Of a DNA stretch of 64,000 nt, positions 10,704 through 20,994 are shown in pieces. Position 1 is the first letter of the stretch, and every line of letters begins with the position of its first letter. A program made the translations under genes and the position numbers. Origin of the DNA: Bryobacterales bacterium (GTDB lineage Bacteria > Acidobacteriota > Terriglobia > Bryobacterales > UBA6623); assembly GCA_963422375.2 (NCBI GenBank), contig OY729427.2, positions 1,152,001 to 1,216,000 of the forward strand, written 5' to 3'. Below the pieces are notes generated by a model. That model was given only the letters and a program-made list of their open reading frames with translations, made no database searches and was not told where the DNA came from.

Positions 10704-11234
10704 CTAGCGACCGAGCGCGTTTCGGAAACAGTGCCGCATGAGGGCCTCCCACTCAAGCATCTGGATCTCGATCAGAGGCCCCGCTACCGAGCCGCCGGCT
10801 TCGGCTGCCGCGCAGCGGTCGACAAACGCGAAGGGGTCCCACGGGTGACCGGTCTCGCGCTCCAGTTCCGCGAACACCGGGTGGCTGCCCGTGCGCCGGA
10901 ACCAGTACTTCGAGTTGCTCCAGTCGCCTTCCTGGCGATGCATGATCCCGTGCCAGTAGCTGCCGGACGAGGTGCGGATCCCCTGCGAGATCCGATGTGA
11001 CTCGTCCAAGGACCGAAAGTACAGGAAGAGTCCCGAGCGAACGCAGTCGGCGGCCTCGCGCGACAGCACAGCGGCCCCGTCAAGCAGGTCTTCGGCCGAC
11101 ATCGACCGAAGCATGTCTAGTTGCGGGCATTCCAGCGGACCGCCCGGAACAAGCTCCATGGCCCGCAGGCCTCCGCCGCTCGGAGAAATCAGAGACCTAA
11201 TGGCCGGGCCGAAGCCGGTCACGCTCGCATCCAT
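10704..11234 (-). CDS. Conserved hypothetical protein
   Basis: LDESHRISQ...SYWHGIMHRQEGDWSNSKYWFRR...WDPFAFVD motif; stop abuts the downstream kinase gene; start uncertain. Confidence 0.75.
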   Translation of the reverse strand: MDASVTGFGPAIRSLISPSGGGLRAMELVPGGPLECPQLDMLRSMSAEDLLDGAAVLSREAADCVRSGLFLYFRSLDESHRISQGIRTSSGSYWHGIMHRQEGDWSNSKYWFRRTGSHPVFAELERETGHPWDPFAFVDRCAAAEAGGSVAGPLIEIQMLEWEALMRHCFRNALGR

Positions 11235-11775
11235 AGCGGCTACCAAGGTACCGACCAAGCTCGGACTCGGTCAAACCGCTTGCCCCTCGAGGAGGAGGGC
11301 GCCGCCCGGCCGCCGTCGCAGCCCTTGACCAATACGTCTGGCAAGACAGCTGGCGGGCCTGCCAACTTGGCCGCCAGTGTCGCGCGGACGCGAGCGCCAG
11401 CCCCGGTCCGACATTGGCGATTTCGGAACGATTGCACATCGATTGACCAGCCCTCCCGGAAGCCGTTGGTCCTGCGCCCAAAGACTCCGAAGGTGTTGCT
11501 CGCGGGCGCCACGGCCGCCGCACCGTCGCCCGATGGCGATTGAGCGACGGAGCTACGTCCCGATCTCAGGTAGCGCATTGAGTCCCTCGCCGTGTAGAAA
11601 TCGCCCTCTGGGCGGTCTGAGTCGCCGCCTCAGCAGCACCGGCCTGCGGTGTCGGATCCCGCCGACTCGGGTCCCTCCAACCTGCACACTCCGCCCCTCC
11701 GTCACGGGTCAGCGTTCGATTCCCACCTGTTGGAAAAGATCCACATTCTCCGGCCGTGTGGCACCTACCTTCGTT

Positions 11776-12642
11776 CTAGTGAGACGTGCGTTTCTTGTCG
11801 TGATAATTCCAAGTCTCGACGATAAACTTGATGAGAGTGAGCGAGGCCTCAGCGGCGAGGCGGGCATGCCTAGCTTGCAGACGGTACGGATGCCGGCCTC
11901 GACCGTGGGCTGAACCGGCGTGCGAGCGAAGCGAGGCTATTCCGTCTACCACTGACCGCAAGCCCTGAAGTGCCTTCTTTACGTCAATGTCCGCTTTTTC
12001 GGCAGGATCTAGCTTAAGGTGATCCATGACGACCTTAAGGAGTGATTTCATAGTCGGCTGACTCGGCACTTGAAGACCCTCTTCCTCAACGTAAGCCTTA
12101 AGAAAAGACTCAAGATCGGCGCGTGCCGCGGTCACTGCAACTGGAGAATCGGTCACTACATTGCGGACAATTCTACGTATTTCATCATTGAATTCTGCAA
12201 GGTCTCGGTCATTGAGGAATCCAATTAACGATTCTGATTCAATCAAATATCCGTCGTCAATCCTTTGGAGAGCGTCCTCGAATTCTGGAACAATGGCATG
12301 AATTCTCGCTTGCACATCGGATACAGATTCGAAATTATTCACATCTATCTGAATTGACTCCAGTTTCATGTAAGTGGATCTTGACACGATATGTCGGACG
12401 ACCATCTTTAGACTATTTAGGTTGTCCCGAACTTTGAATGCCAACGGATAATGGTCATGATGATCTTTACCCAATACTTGAGAATTAGTCTCTCTAATTG
12501 TGGCTATAAGATCGGTCAGACTTTCCTTCCGTGCCTCCCCAAATCCCCACATTTCCTGAGTTTGCATCGCCTCTACTTTCAATTCTGTGGCATGTACTCC
12601 TCTGAGCGTTGGCACTTCAACGTTCGGGATCCACATAGCCAT
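11776..12642 (-). CDS. Abortive-infection C-terminal domain (Abi_C, HEPN-like) protein
   Basis: AVTAARADLES...GIASLRSHAGSAHGRG...ARHARLA in an AT-richer islet; start uncertain. Confidence 0.85.
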   Translation of the reverse strand: MAMWIPNVEVPTLRGVHATELKVEAMQTQEMWGFGEARKESLTDLIATIRETNSQVLGKDHHDHYPLAFKVRDNLNSLKMVVRHIVSRSTYMKLESIQIDVNNFESVSDVQARIHAIVPEFEDALQRIDDGYLIESESLIGFLNDRDLAEFNDEIRRIVRNVVTDSPVAVTAARADLESFLKAYVEEEGLQVPSQPTMKSLLKVVMDHLKLDPAEKADIDVKKALQGLRSVVDGIASLRSHAGSAHGRGRHPYRLQARHARLAAEASLTLIKFIVETWNYHDKKRTSH

Positions 12643-13148
12643 TGTGCCCTCATCGCTGAAATGTCGGCCAGTCCGCGGAGGACCGCGATGGTTCAATGGA
12701 GGACAGTCGCGACGGTGGACGCTCCTGTCTAGGTCAATCCTAGCCTGGCACGGACCGCAGCGAGGCATGGCCGTGCGCTCAACTTTCAAACACCCGAATC
12801 CGACACCGAGTCTGAGGTCTCCTCCAGATACCCTTACAGCACATCTTGATCTTACTACACTTCGAGACGTGTGCTCGGACGCCTCGCGACTTCAGTCGAG
12901 TACTCCCTCGCTACGGCAGAAGTAGCAGAGTCCGCATCGTCCCATGGGGTCGCTGTGTCCTCGTGGTTGGGGACCACACACGGTCAACCAAGCTACTCTT
13001 GATTGCGCTCGACTTGGTGCTATACAGCCGCTCAAGAAGTCCGCTGGGTCCTTGGCCCGGTCACGCTCTCGCGTGGCAGTACCAAGCAAGAACAGGACGC
13101 CGGAGTCGGGTTCAAACCCTCACGTGGGATCGAGAACCAATCCCTCCT

Positions 13149-14420
13149 CTAAGGAAACGCCGCAACGGACGTCTCGCTGCTTGACGGGAGCATCGAGGAC
13201 AGACCGAGCAGGACTGAGAGCGCGATCAGAATCACGACCGCGGCCCAAGCGACCAAGTTGGATAGCGGCCCGTTCGTCCATTCGTGCATCAGGTCGCGAC
13301 GGTTGACCAGCTTCACGATGAAGATCATCACGACCGGGAGCAGGATCCCGTTCAGGACCTGCGAAAACAAGATCATGGGAACGATCGGGAAGCCTGGCAC
13401 TAACACCACCCCGGCACCGAGCGCGATCAGCAGCGTGTACATCCAGTAGAACGTGGGCGCCTCGTCGAAATCGTGATCAACTCCGGATTCCAAGCCGAGC
13501 CCCTCGCAGACGGTGTATGCGGTCGACAGGGGCAGGATGCTCGAGGCGAAGAGGGACGAGCAGAGCAGCCCACCTGCGAAGAGCGCGTAGGCGAACGACC
13601 CGAGCGGAAGCAGGGCCTGAGCGGCCTCGGCAGCGCTGCGAATAGGCCGCGGTCCTTGCTCCCAGATGGCACTGGCACAGGCCACGATGATGAAGAACGC
13701 GACCAGCGCCATCATGATGCAGCCGACCACGACCTCGACGCGGGTATCGCGGTACTGCTTGCTGTCGATGCCCTTCTCGACGACCGCCGCCTGCAGGTAG
13801 AACTGCATCCAAGGCGCGACCGAAGTTCCGACCATGCCGACGATGACCACGATGTAGCTGCGGTCCGCCGAAAGCACGGGCCGGACGGCGCTGTGCAAGG
13901 CCGAAGCCCAATCCGGCTCGGCCAGCACGGCCGAGACCACGTAGGCCGCATAGAACGCGCTTGCGGCCAGAAAGACCTTCTCCACACTCTGGTAGGTGCC
14001 CTTCACAACCAGCAGCCATACGAGCAAGGCCCCTAGCGGCACCGACACGTAGCGGCTGACCGGCAGGAGTTCCATGGCTCCGGCGATGCCCGCGAAGTTG
14101 GCGGCGACGTTGGTGAAGTTGACGACCAGCAGCAGGCCCATCACGAGGACGGTGGTGCGCAAGCCGAATTCCTCGCGGATCAGGTCCGACAGCCCCTTGC
14201 CGGTGACCGCGCCCATGCGCGAGCACATCTCCTGGGTGACAACCAGCAGGAGGGTGATCGGCAGGAGCGTCCAGAGCGTGCCGTAGCCCCAGCGGGCGCC
14301 AGCGTCCGAGTAGGTGAAGATTCCGCCGGCGTCGTTGTCGACCATGGCGGTGACGAATCCCGGGCCGAGAACGGCGAGAAAACCGAGCGCGCGGCCGCGC
14401 AGACGCCGCAGCAGGGCCAT
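13149..14420 (-). CDS. Nramp-family divalent metal transporter (NrmT-like, probably Mg2+)
   Basis: LGPGFVT..VDNDAGG, QEMCSRMGAVTGKG, GTSVAPWMQF, SQVLNGILLP; many TM segments. Confidence 0.92.
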   Translation of the reverse strand: MALLRRLRGRALGFLAVLGPGFVTAMVDNDAGGIFTYSDAGARWGYGTLWTLLPITLLLVVTQEMCSRMGAVTGKGLSDLIREEFGLRTTVLVMGLLLVVNFTNVAANFAGIAGAMELLPVSRYVSVPLGALLVWLLVVKGTYQSVEKVFLAASAFYAAYVVSAVLAEPDWASALHSAVRPVLSADRSYIVVIVGMVGTSVAPWMQFYLQAAVVEKGIDSKQYRDTRVEVVVGCIMMALVAFFIIVACASAIWEQGPRPIRSAAEAAQALLPLGSFAYALFAGGLLCSSLFASSILPLSTAYTVCEGLGLESGVDHDFDEAPTFYWMYTLLIALGAGVVLVPGFPIVPMILFSQVLNGILLPVVMIFIVKLVNRRDLMHEWTNGPLSNLVAWAAVVILIALSVLLGLSSMLPSSSETSVAAFP

Positions 14421-15692
14421 CTACAGGCCCCGTTCGATTTCGGGTAGCAGGAATCCGATCACGTCGTCGGCCGTGACCGCGCCTTGCAGGCGGCCCTGCC
14501 CGTCCACGACCGGCAGGGCGTAGAGGTTGTACTTGTCGAACAGCTCCACCACGTCGTTGACCTTGGCGTCCGTCCCTACCATGTGGGTCTGGCGGTAGGC
14601 CAAGGATTTCGCCAAGGCGTCAGGCGGTGCGACCGCCAGGCGCGCCAAGGGCACCGTGCCTTCGAGGCGTCCGTGGCCGTCCAAGAGAAACAGGCACGTG
14701 AGCCGTTTCAGGAGCGGCTCCGCCGAGCGCAGCCCGTCCACCACCTCGGCAACCGTGGCGCCCGCGGGCTGGGAGAGATATCGCGTCTCCATCATTCCCG
14801 CTGCCGTGTCGTCCTCGTACTCGAGCAGTTCGGAGACCTCGTCGGCCGGCCGAGGTTCCATATCGCGGACGATTTCCTGGCGCGAGTTCTCGTCGAGGTG
14901 CGCGAGCGCCCCCGCCGCCTCGCCGGGATCCATCTCCTCGAGGATGTCGGCTGCGCGCTCGGGTTCGAGCGAGTGAAGGATGGACGTCTTGAGGATGGGC
15001 TTGACTTCCTCCAAGGTGTCGGCGGCAATCCCCTCGCCCAGCGTCTCGAACAGGGCCTCGCGTTCGTCCGCGCCGAGATCCTCCACGATGTCGGCTAGGT
15101 CCGCGGGATGAATCCCTTCCAGCCGCTCGTGCGATATCAGCAGCCGCAAGCGCCGCTGCGGATCGGGCTCGACGATGTTGCAGGCCTCCCAAGGGATCGA
15201 GTTGGGCTGCATCCGCTCCTGGATGTCGCGGATGATGCGGTTGGGCAGAATGCCCTCGGTCAGGCGCCGGAAGGCGCCTTGCAGGCCAACGCCGACCTCG
15301 TGGACCCACAGCTGCTCGTTGCCGTTCCGTGCGACGCGCAGGGCGATGTCGTTGACGCGCACCACCTTGCGTCCGTTGACATCGATGACTTGCTGGTCGA
15401 GGAGATCCTTGGTGAGCAGGAGATGGTAGTCGTCGCCGTAGTAGGGGGCAAAGCGCTCGTCGGACAGCACGATGCCGTCCGCGTCGAACGCCGCCACTTG
15501 GTTCCAGCGAACGGCGAACCGGGTGCGACCGGAGCCGAACAGATAGGTAGCTACGCGCCTAGGGTGCTCCCTAGGCGCGATGGCGGCTTCGCGCACGCGG
15601 CCGATCCGCGTGCCCTGCGGGCCGATCAAGCGCATGCCGGTCAACTCGGTGAGATAGACCAGCCGCGCGGACTCTGTCCGAATCCTCTCCAT
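14421..15692 (-). CDS. Soluble PRC-barrel / MgtE-N / CBS domain protein
   Basis: DLLDQQVIDVNGRKVVRVND, HPADLADIVEDL, YEDDTAAGMM, KYNLYALPVVD; no membrane domain. Confidence 0.9.
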   Translation of the reverse strand: MERIRTESARLVYLTELTGMRLIGPQGTRIGRVREAAIAPREHPRRVATYLFGSGRTRFAVRWNQVAAFDADGIVLSDERFAPYYGDDYHLLLTKDLLDQQVIDVNGRKVVRVNDIALRVARNGNEQLWVHEVGVGLQGAFRRLTEGILPNRIIRDIQERMQPNSIPWEACNIVEPDPQRRLRLLISHERLEGIHPADLADIVEDLGADEREALFETLGEGIAADTLEEVKPILKTSILHSLEPERAADILEEMDPGEAAGALAHLDENSRQEIVRDMEPRPADEVSELLEYEDDTAAGMMETRYLSQPAGATVAEVVDGLRSAEPLLKRLTCLFLLDGHGRLEGTVPLARLAVAPPDALAKSLAYRQTHMVGTDAKVNDVVELFDKYNLYALPVVDGQGRLQGAVTADDVIGFLLPEIERGL

Positions 15693-15775
15693 GGCCGAAC
15701 GGACGCACTGGGATCGGCGCCGCGACGGCACCAATCCGGCACAGCATCGCGCTGTCGCCGCGACTTCCGGGGTCG

Positions 15776-17101
15776 TCAAGCATCGTTGACGCGCACATCT
15801 CCCTTGCTTTCATGATGCCCCAGAGGTCGGACCGGCGCAAGGGGAGCCGGAACGGCACCGTCCCAGCCGGCCTCGATGCGCAGGAGGCGGTTGTACTTGG
15901 CGAGCCGCTCCGAGCGCGTCACCGAGCCTACCTTGATGCGCCCTGCCCCGGTGGCCACCGCCAGATCGGCGAGGAAGCTGTCCTCGGTCTCGCCGGAGCG
16001 GGCCGAAATCACCGCCCCGAAGCCGACCTCCTCGGCCCGGTCGACGACCTGCATGGTCTCGGTCAGCGTCCCGACCTGGTTCATCTTGACGAGAACCGCG
16101 GTGGCCGCCCGCTCGGCAACCGCCCGTTCGAGGCGGGCGGGACTCGTGACCAACAGGTCGTCTCCGATCAGTTCGCAGCGCCCGCCAAGCTCGCGGCAGG
16201 CCCGGCGCCAGCCCGCCCAGTCGTCCTCGGCAAGAGGATCCTCCAGCGAGGCCAAGGGATACGCAGCGGTCCACTCGGAGTACATCGCGACCAAGCCGGC
16301 CGCGTCGAGCGACCGCCCCTCGCTAGCTAGGCGATACTCCCCCGCGCGGTGAAAGTGCGACGCGGCGACATCGACCGCGATCGAAACCTGGGCTCCCGGC
16401 TCGAGTCCGGCGGCCTCAATAGCGCGCACCATGTAGTCGAGCGCCTGCCGGTTTGAGTCCAGGCGCGGCCCCCAGCCGCCCTCGTCGGCGACACCGGCAG
16501 GCCTGAGGCCGTCGGCCTCGAGCAGCGCACCCATGCGTCGATGGATTCTGGCCGCCGCCTCGAGCGCATCCGCGAACGTGCGGCAGCCGTGCGGAACCGC
16601 GAGGAAGTCTTGGAACTCGATCTGGCACCCCGCGTGCAGCCCGCCCGAGAGGATGTTGACCATCGGCAGGGGCATCTTGGCCTGGCGCCCGGCCGCCAGA
16701 GACTGCCAAAGAGGCAGCCGGCGAGACTTGGCGCAAGCGCGCGCTAGGGCGCAGGAGACCGCTAGGATCGCGTTGGCCCCTAGGCGGGACTTGTCCGGCG
16801 TGCCGTCGAGGTCCGCCATGATCCGGTCCGCCCCGGCTTGGTCGCCCGCCGGATGCCCGCGCAAGGCATCCGCCAGCGGCCCGTTAACGCTGGCAGCGGC
16901 AGCGCCCACGGCACGTCCGCCGTAGGCTCCGCCGGGACCGTCGCGCAGCTCCAGCGCCTCGTGGCGGCCGGTAGAGGCACCGGAAGGAACCTGGGCTGTA
17001 GCGGTTGTCCCGTCTGCCAGGCGTACGCGAGCTTCCAGGGTGGGACTGCCACGGGAATCGAGAATCTGGATCGCCCGCACGTCCGCGATGCGCGCCGCCA
17101 T
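15776..17101 (-). CDS. eno: Enolase
   Basis: ILDSRGSPT, VPSGASTG..EALELRD, DEGG, IGDDL, KMNQVGTLTE, RSGETED, RSERLAKYN. Confidence 0.96.
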   Translation of the reverse strand: MAARIADVRAIQILDSRGSPTLEARVRLADGTTATAQVPSGASTGRHEALELRDGPGGAYGGRAVGAAAASVNGPLADALRGHPAGDQAGADRIMADLDGTPDKSRLGANAILAVSCALARACAKSRRLPLWQSLAAGRQAKMPLPMVNILSGGLHAGCQIEFQDFLAVPHGCRTFADALEAAARIHRRMGALLEADGLRPAGVADEGGWGPRLDSNRQALDYMVRAIEAAGLEPGAQVSIAVDVAASHFHRAGEYRLASEGRSLDAAGLVAMYSEWTAAYPLASLEDPLAEDDWAGWRRACRELGGRCELIGDDLLVTSPARLERAVAERAATAVLVKMNQVGTLTETMQVVDRAEEVGFGAVISARSGETEDSFLADLAVATGAGRIKVGSVTRSERLAKYNRLLRIEAGWDGAVPAPLAPVRPLGHHESKGDVRVNDA

Positions 17102-17393
17102 GGCCCAAGGCTAGCAAGGGCTCCGAGGGCGCGGAACGGGTGCTCCGGCCATTCGACCTGGCGCAGTTGCGACGGTCGGATGCGCAGTCGAATCCCCGGA
17201 TTGCGAAACGAACTCAGGTTTCCGCGCACGGACTGCGTGTATCTGTCTGCGAATCGCGGTTAATTCCACCCATTGAGTGATTGGGGACAGCCAACGGGGG
17301 CAGTTGGATTACGCGCAGATCCCTACGCAACCAACCGTCTGCACTCGGTTGAGCTGATCAAGCGGCGCTGGGACCCTAATCCCCATTCGGAAA

Positions 17394-18929
17394 GGGAATT
17401 ATATATCTGAGTGCCGAGGGAACCAATTCGGCAAATTATCATGCCATTAGATATGTTCCTGTTTCTTCCGGAGTTCCGTTGACATTCGGTGGTTTTTCTT
17501 GGTAGAATAGTTCCAGCATAGGATACCGTTAATGAAGAATCAATATCCCGGAAAGTGGTTTCGTATAGGCATCACATTGATCGAAGTGATCGCCATGTTC
17601 CCCGATGACGAATCCGCGGAAAGATGGTTCGCTGCCATGCGCTGGCCGGACGGCCCCGCGTGCCCCCACTGCCGCGGCTCCAGCGTGCAGTCCGACGCGG
17701 CCCACCCTTCGATGCCGTACCGTTGCCGCGGCTGCGGCAAGCGCTTTTCGGTGCGCACCGGCAGCGCGATGGCCGACACCAAGCTCGGCTACCGCACCCG
17801 GGCCGTCGCCCTGTTCCTGCTGACCACCGGCATCAAGGGCGTCTCGAGCATGAAGCTGCACCGCGACCTGGGCGTCAGCCGGAAGTCGGCCTGGCACCTG
17901 GCGCACCGCATCCGCGCGTGCTGGGAGCGCGATCAGGGCCTGTTCGCCGGCCCGGTGGAGGTGGACGAAACCTACGTCGGCGGCAAGGAACGCAACAAGC
18001 ACGAGAGGAAGAAGGCCCGCGCCGGGCGCGGGCCCGTCGGCAAGACCCCGGTGGCGGGGGCGCGGGACCGCGCCACGAACGCAGTGGCCGCGCGGCCGCT
18101 GCCGGGCACCGCCAAGGGCGACCTGCAGGGCTTCGCGCGCGCCCGCGTCGCGCCGGGGGCGCAGGTCCGCTCCGACGAGGCGGCGGCCTGCGCCGGCATG
18201 GCGGAGTTCCCGCACGAAGCCGTCAGGCACTCCGGCGGCGAGTACGTGCGCGGGGCGGCGCATGCGAACGGCATCGAATCGTTTGGGTCCCTGTTCAAGC
18301 GCGGCCTGTACGGAACCTATCACCGGATGAGCGTCCGTCATCTCGGCCGCTACCTCACGGAGTTCGCGGGACGGCGCAACGACCGCGACTGCGACACGGC
18401 GGAACAACGGCGGAACGGATGCGGCGCATGGCGCGGGGCTTGGTCGGCCGGACGCTGACCTACCGGCAGCTGACCGGCAAGGCCGCGGTCGCGGCCTGAG
18501 CGGCGCCCGCCGCGCTGAGCGCGGCAGCCCGCTGCGGGCGCGCTCTTCACGCTCGGTGCGCTCGGTGCGCTTGACGCTCGGTACGAGGGGCACAGCGGAT
18601 CCGGAAGGCCCCGGTGCGCCCCCGGTCCGGCCCGGACCGTCCATGCAGGCCGTCGAGCGCCGGGGATCCGCTGTCTTCGGCCCTCGGAGGGCTGCAAGCG
18701 GCTTGCAAGGGGTGCCCTGCCACCGCCAACCGGGTTCCACCGGGGCATGCGAGGCGGCCTCTCTAGTCCCTTCCTCGTCCAATCCGCTGGCAGGCTCGAT
18801 TCAGATACGATCCCACCCCTCCGTGCCCGCCGCGGCCGCACTCGAATGACCCGAGCTCGACACCGACCTCCCTGCTCACAGCAGTTCTAGTCGGACATGG
18901 CGTTGTCGGCACTCAGATATATAATTCCC
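17394..18929 (+). mobile_element. IS1595-family element, ISNwi1-type ends
   Basis: Perfect inverted repeat AGGGAATTATATATCTGAGTGCCGA at 17393-17417 and 18906-18930; no target duplication seen. Confidence 0.92.
17532..18499 (+). pseudogene. IS1595 transposase with C-terminal frameshift
   Basis: CPHC/CRGC Zn ribbon, VEVDETY, SDE, HANGIES; tandem duplication of ACGGCGGAAC at 18396-18416 shifts off the GRTLTYRQL terminus. Confidence 0.88.
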
Positions 18930-19070
18930 TATCGTATTGGATCTCCATCCAAGAAAAGACTGAAATCACTGCCAAACTCTCTAGTCAGAATGCAGACGGT
19001 CCGAGAATCTCACTTAGAATCCATAAACGGCATTGAGAGTACCAACTATATACAGGGAACAGAATCAAAA

Positions 19071-19324
19071 TCACTTCTTACGATACACCTGTTTTCGATG
19101 GCAAACCTCGACAATGTCTATCGCCGAATCCTTGCGGACAAACAACACTCTGTAGTTTCCGACACGCGCGCTGTACGTATCGGTCCTTCCCTTCAGCTTC
19201 TTTGACTTACCAAGTACTAAGGTCCCATTTGCGATTTCCTTCTTGTTTTTTTGCGAACAGCCAAAGGATATATTCGCTCCAAATTCTTTCTTGCATTCTC
19301 GTGAATATTAATTGTGAAAGGCAC
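19071..19324 (-). pseudogene. RelE/ParE-family toxin, frameshifted in a poly-A tract (~19245-19252); not in the ORF track
   Basis: VPFTINIHENARKNLERIYPLAVRKK then, after +1 nt, KKEIANG...KKLKGRTDTYSARVGNYRVLFVRKDSAIDIVEVCHRKQVYRKK*. Confidence 0.82.
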
Positions 19325-19485
19325 TATCCCCATTCTTCCACCGATAGTATTCTCTGGACTTCCATCTGATCACGAATCATGACACTAGGTGAGGACTCCA
19401 TTTCCTCTAACCTCTTTGAAATGATATGAGCATCCCAGGCATCCTCGTCCGTGTAGGGCGTAAACGGAAAGACGATTATGTCCTC
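19324..19485 (-). other. Stop-free 53-codon acidic segment resembling a RelB-type antitoxin C-terminus
   Basis: EDIIVFPFTPYTDEDAWDAHIISKRLEEMESSPSVMIRDQMEVQRILSVEEWG*; its TAG overlaps the RelE GTG by 1 nt. Confidence 0.5.
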
Positions 19486-20994
19486 TTATTTCCCAGTAGA
19501 GAGCTGCTTCATCGGCTTTCATGCGCCATTTCTGAGCTTCTTCTGAGTCTCTTCTTACTCCTCGCCCAAAAGTGTACATTTCAGCGAGACGTCGTTGTGC
19601 CGGAGGATACTCTTGATCGGCAGCTAACCGATACCACCTTACGGCTTCGACCGCATCAGATTTGACGCCCCGGCCCGAATCGTACAGTCTGCCTAGGCCG
19701 GCCTGTGCCTCAGCAAGACAGTCCGAAGCGGCAAGTCGGTACCACTTAAATGCTTGCTTTTCGTCCTGCTTGACTCCACGCCCTTCATCATACATGAAAC
19801 CGAGATTGTATTGCGCGTATGCATTATTCTGTCGTGCCGACAACTCAAACCACTTCGCACTCTTGGCTTGATTCTTAATGACACCGCGGCCAAGAAAGAA
19901 CATCCATCCCAATCGAAACTGTGCCATCGCATATGTCCCTGCTTAGCAGCCAATTGAATAAGTCGGAGAGACTCACTGCCATCTTTCGCCACACCTAGGC
20001 CTTCAGCATACATGAGCCCCAAGTTGTTCTGGGCTTCGGCGTGTCGATTATCGGCAGCCAAGCGATACCACTTCGCCGCTTCGGCCTCGTCTGGCTCCAT
20101 CCCGTCACCATCAAAGAGCATACGACCGAATCTGAATTGTGCCTCCGCGTTGTTCTGCTTGGCGGCCATCCGAAACCATTTGGCTGCCTCGGCAAAGTCC
20201 AGTTTCACACCCGCTCCTTCAGAGTACTGAAGTCCAAGAAACAACTGAGCATCAGAGTTGCCTTCATTGGCAGATGAGCGAATCCATTTTCCAGCTTCCA
20301 CATAGTCCTGTCTCACTCCTTTTCCGAGGAACAACAAGCCGCCAACGAGGAACATTGCACTTGAAAGACCGAGATTAGCTGCGCGCTCATACCAAGACAT
20401 AGCCATCCCTATATCCTGCGGGACGCCCCACCCATTGTAGTACAACCGTGCAAGATTCGACTGCGCATCGGCATCATCTTGGTCGGCAGCGAGACGAAAC
20501 CACTTCGCGGCTGCCTTGTAGTTCTGATCGGTGCGCTTGGCCTTGGCATAAGTCACGCCAAGTAGATTCTGAGCCGCGCTGTCGCCAGTGCTAGCTGCTT
20601 TTTTGTACCAGCGCTTGGCATTCTTGAGACTCCGGGCTACACCGTACCCATTCTCGTACATGTACCCCAAGAGGACTTGGGCCTTTGTATGGCCCTGTAC
20701 GGCGGCCCTCTTGAATCGTCTGGCAGCTTCCGTGGAGCCTTGGTCCAGTCCCTCACCAAAGTGATGAATGACACCGAGCCTAAAGTGACCTTCAGCATCG
20801 GTTGCGCCATCCATCGTCTGGACAGAAGAACTGTTAGGTGACGATGCCATGTTGGGCGGCGAGGCCATGAATTTGCCCCTATCATCCGCACTTAGGGTGC
20901 CGCCGCTCCCAGACAGTCCCGCGAAACGGACCTGCGTGCTAGCCTGCTCAATGACCCTCTGAAGATTGCCAGACATCCTAGGCTTCCTCGTCAC
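19385..20994 (-). pseudogene. Sel1-like repeat protein (12 repeats), frameshifted
   Basis: Twelve 36-aa A..LG.MY..G.GV..D...A..WY..AA units over ORFs 19693..20994 and 19385..19927; AT duplication at 19931-19934 breaks repeat 9. Confidence 0.9.

Noticed and set aside
11240..11578. 112-aa ORF upstream of the hypothetical gene
   Set aside because: No recognisable motif, and competing frames are equally weak.
11700..11735. GTTCGATTCCC T-loop-like motif (also GGTTCAAACCC near 13110)
   Set aside because: No acceptor, D or anticodon arms could be folded around it, so it is not called a tRNA or att site.
18545..18590. Short CGCTCGGT repeats as a possible CRISPR array
   Set aside because: Units are under 10 bp, lack spacers, lie inside an IS, and no cas genes are present.
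19245..19252. Poly-A tract in relE as a programmed frameshift or phase-variation switch
   Set aside because: Only 7 A, and neighbouring genes carry unrelated indels, so simple decay is the more economical explanation.
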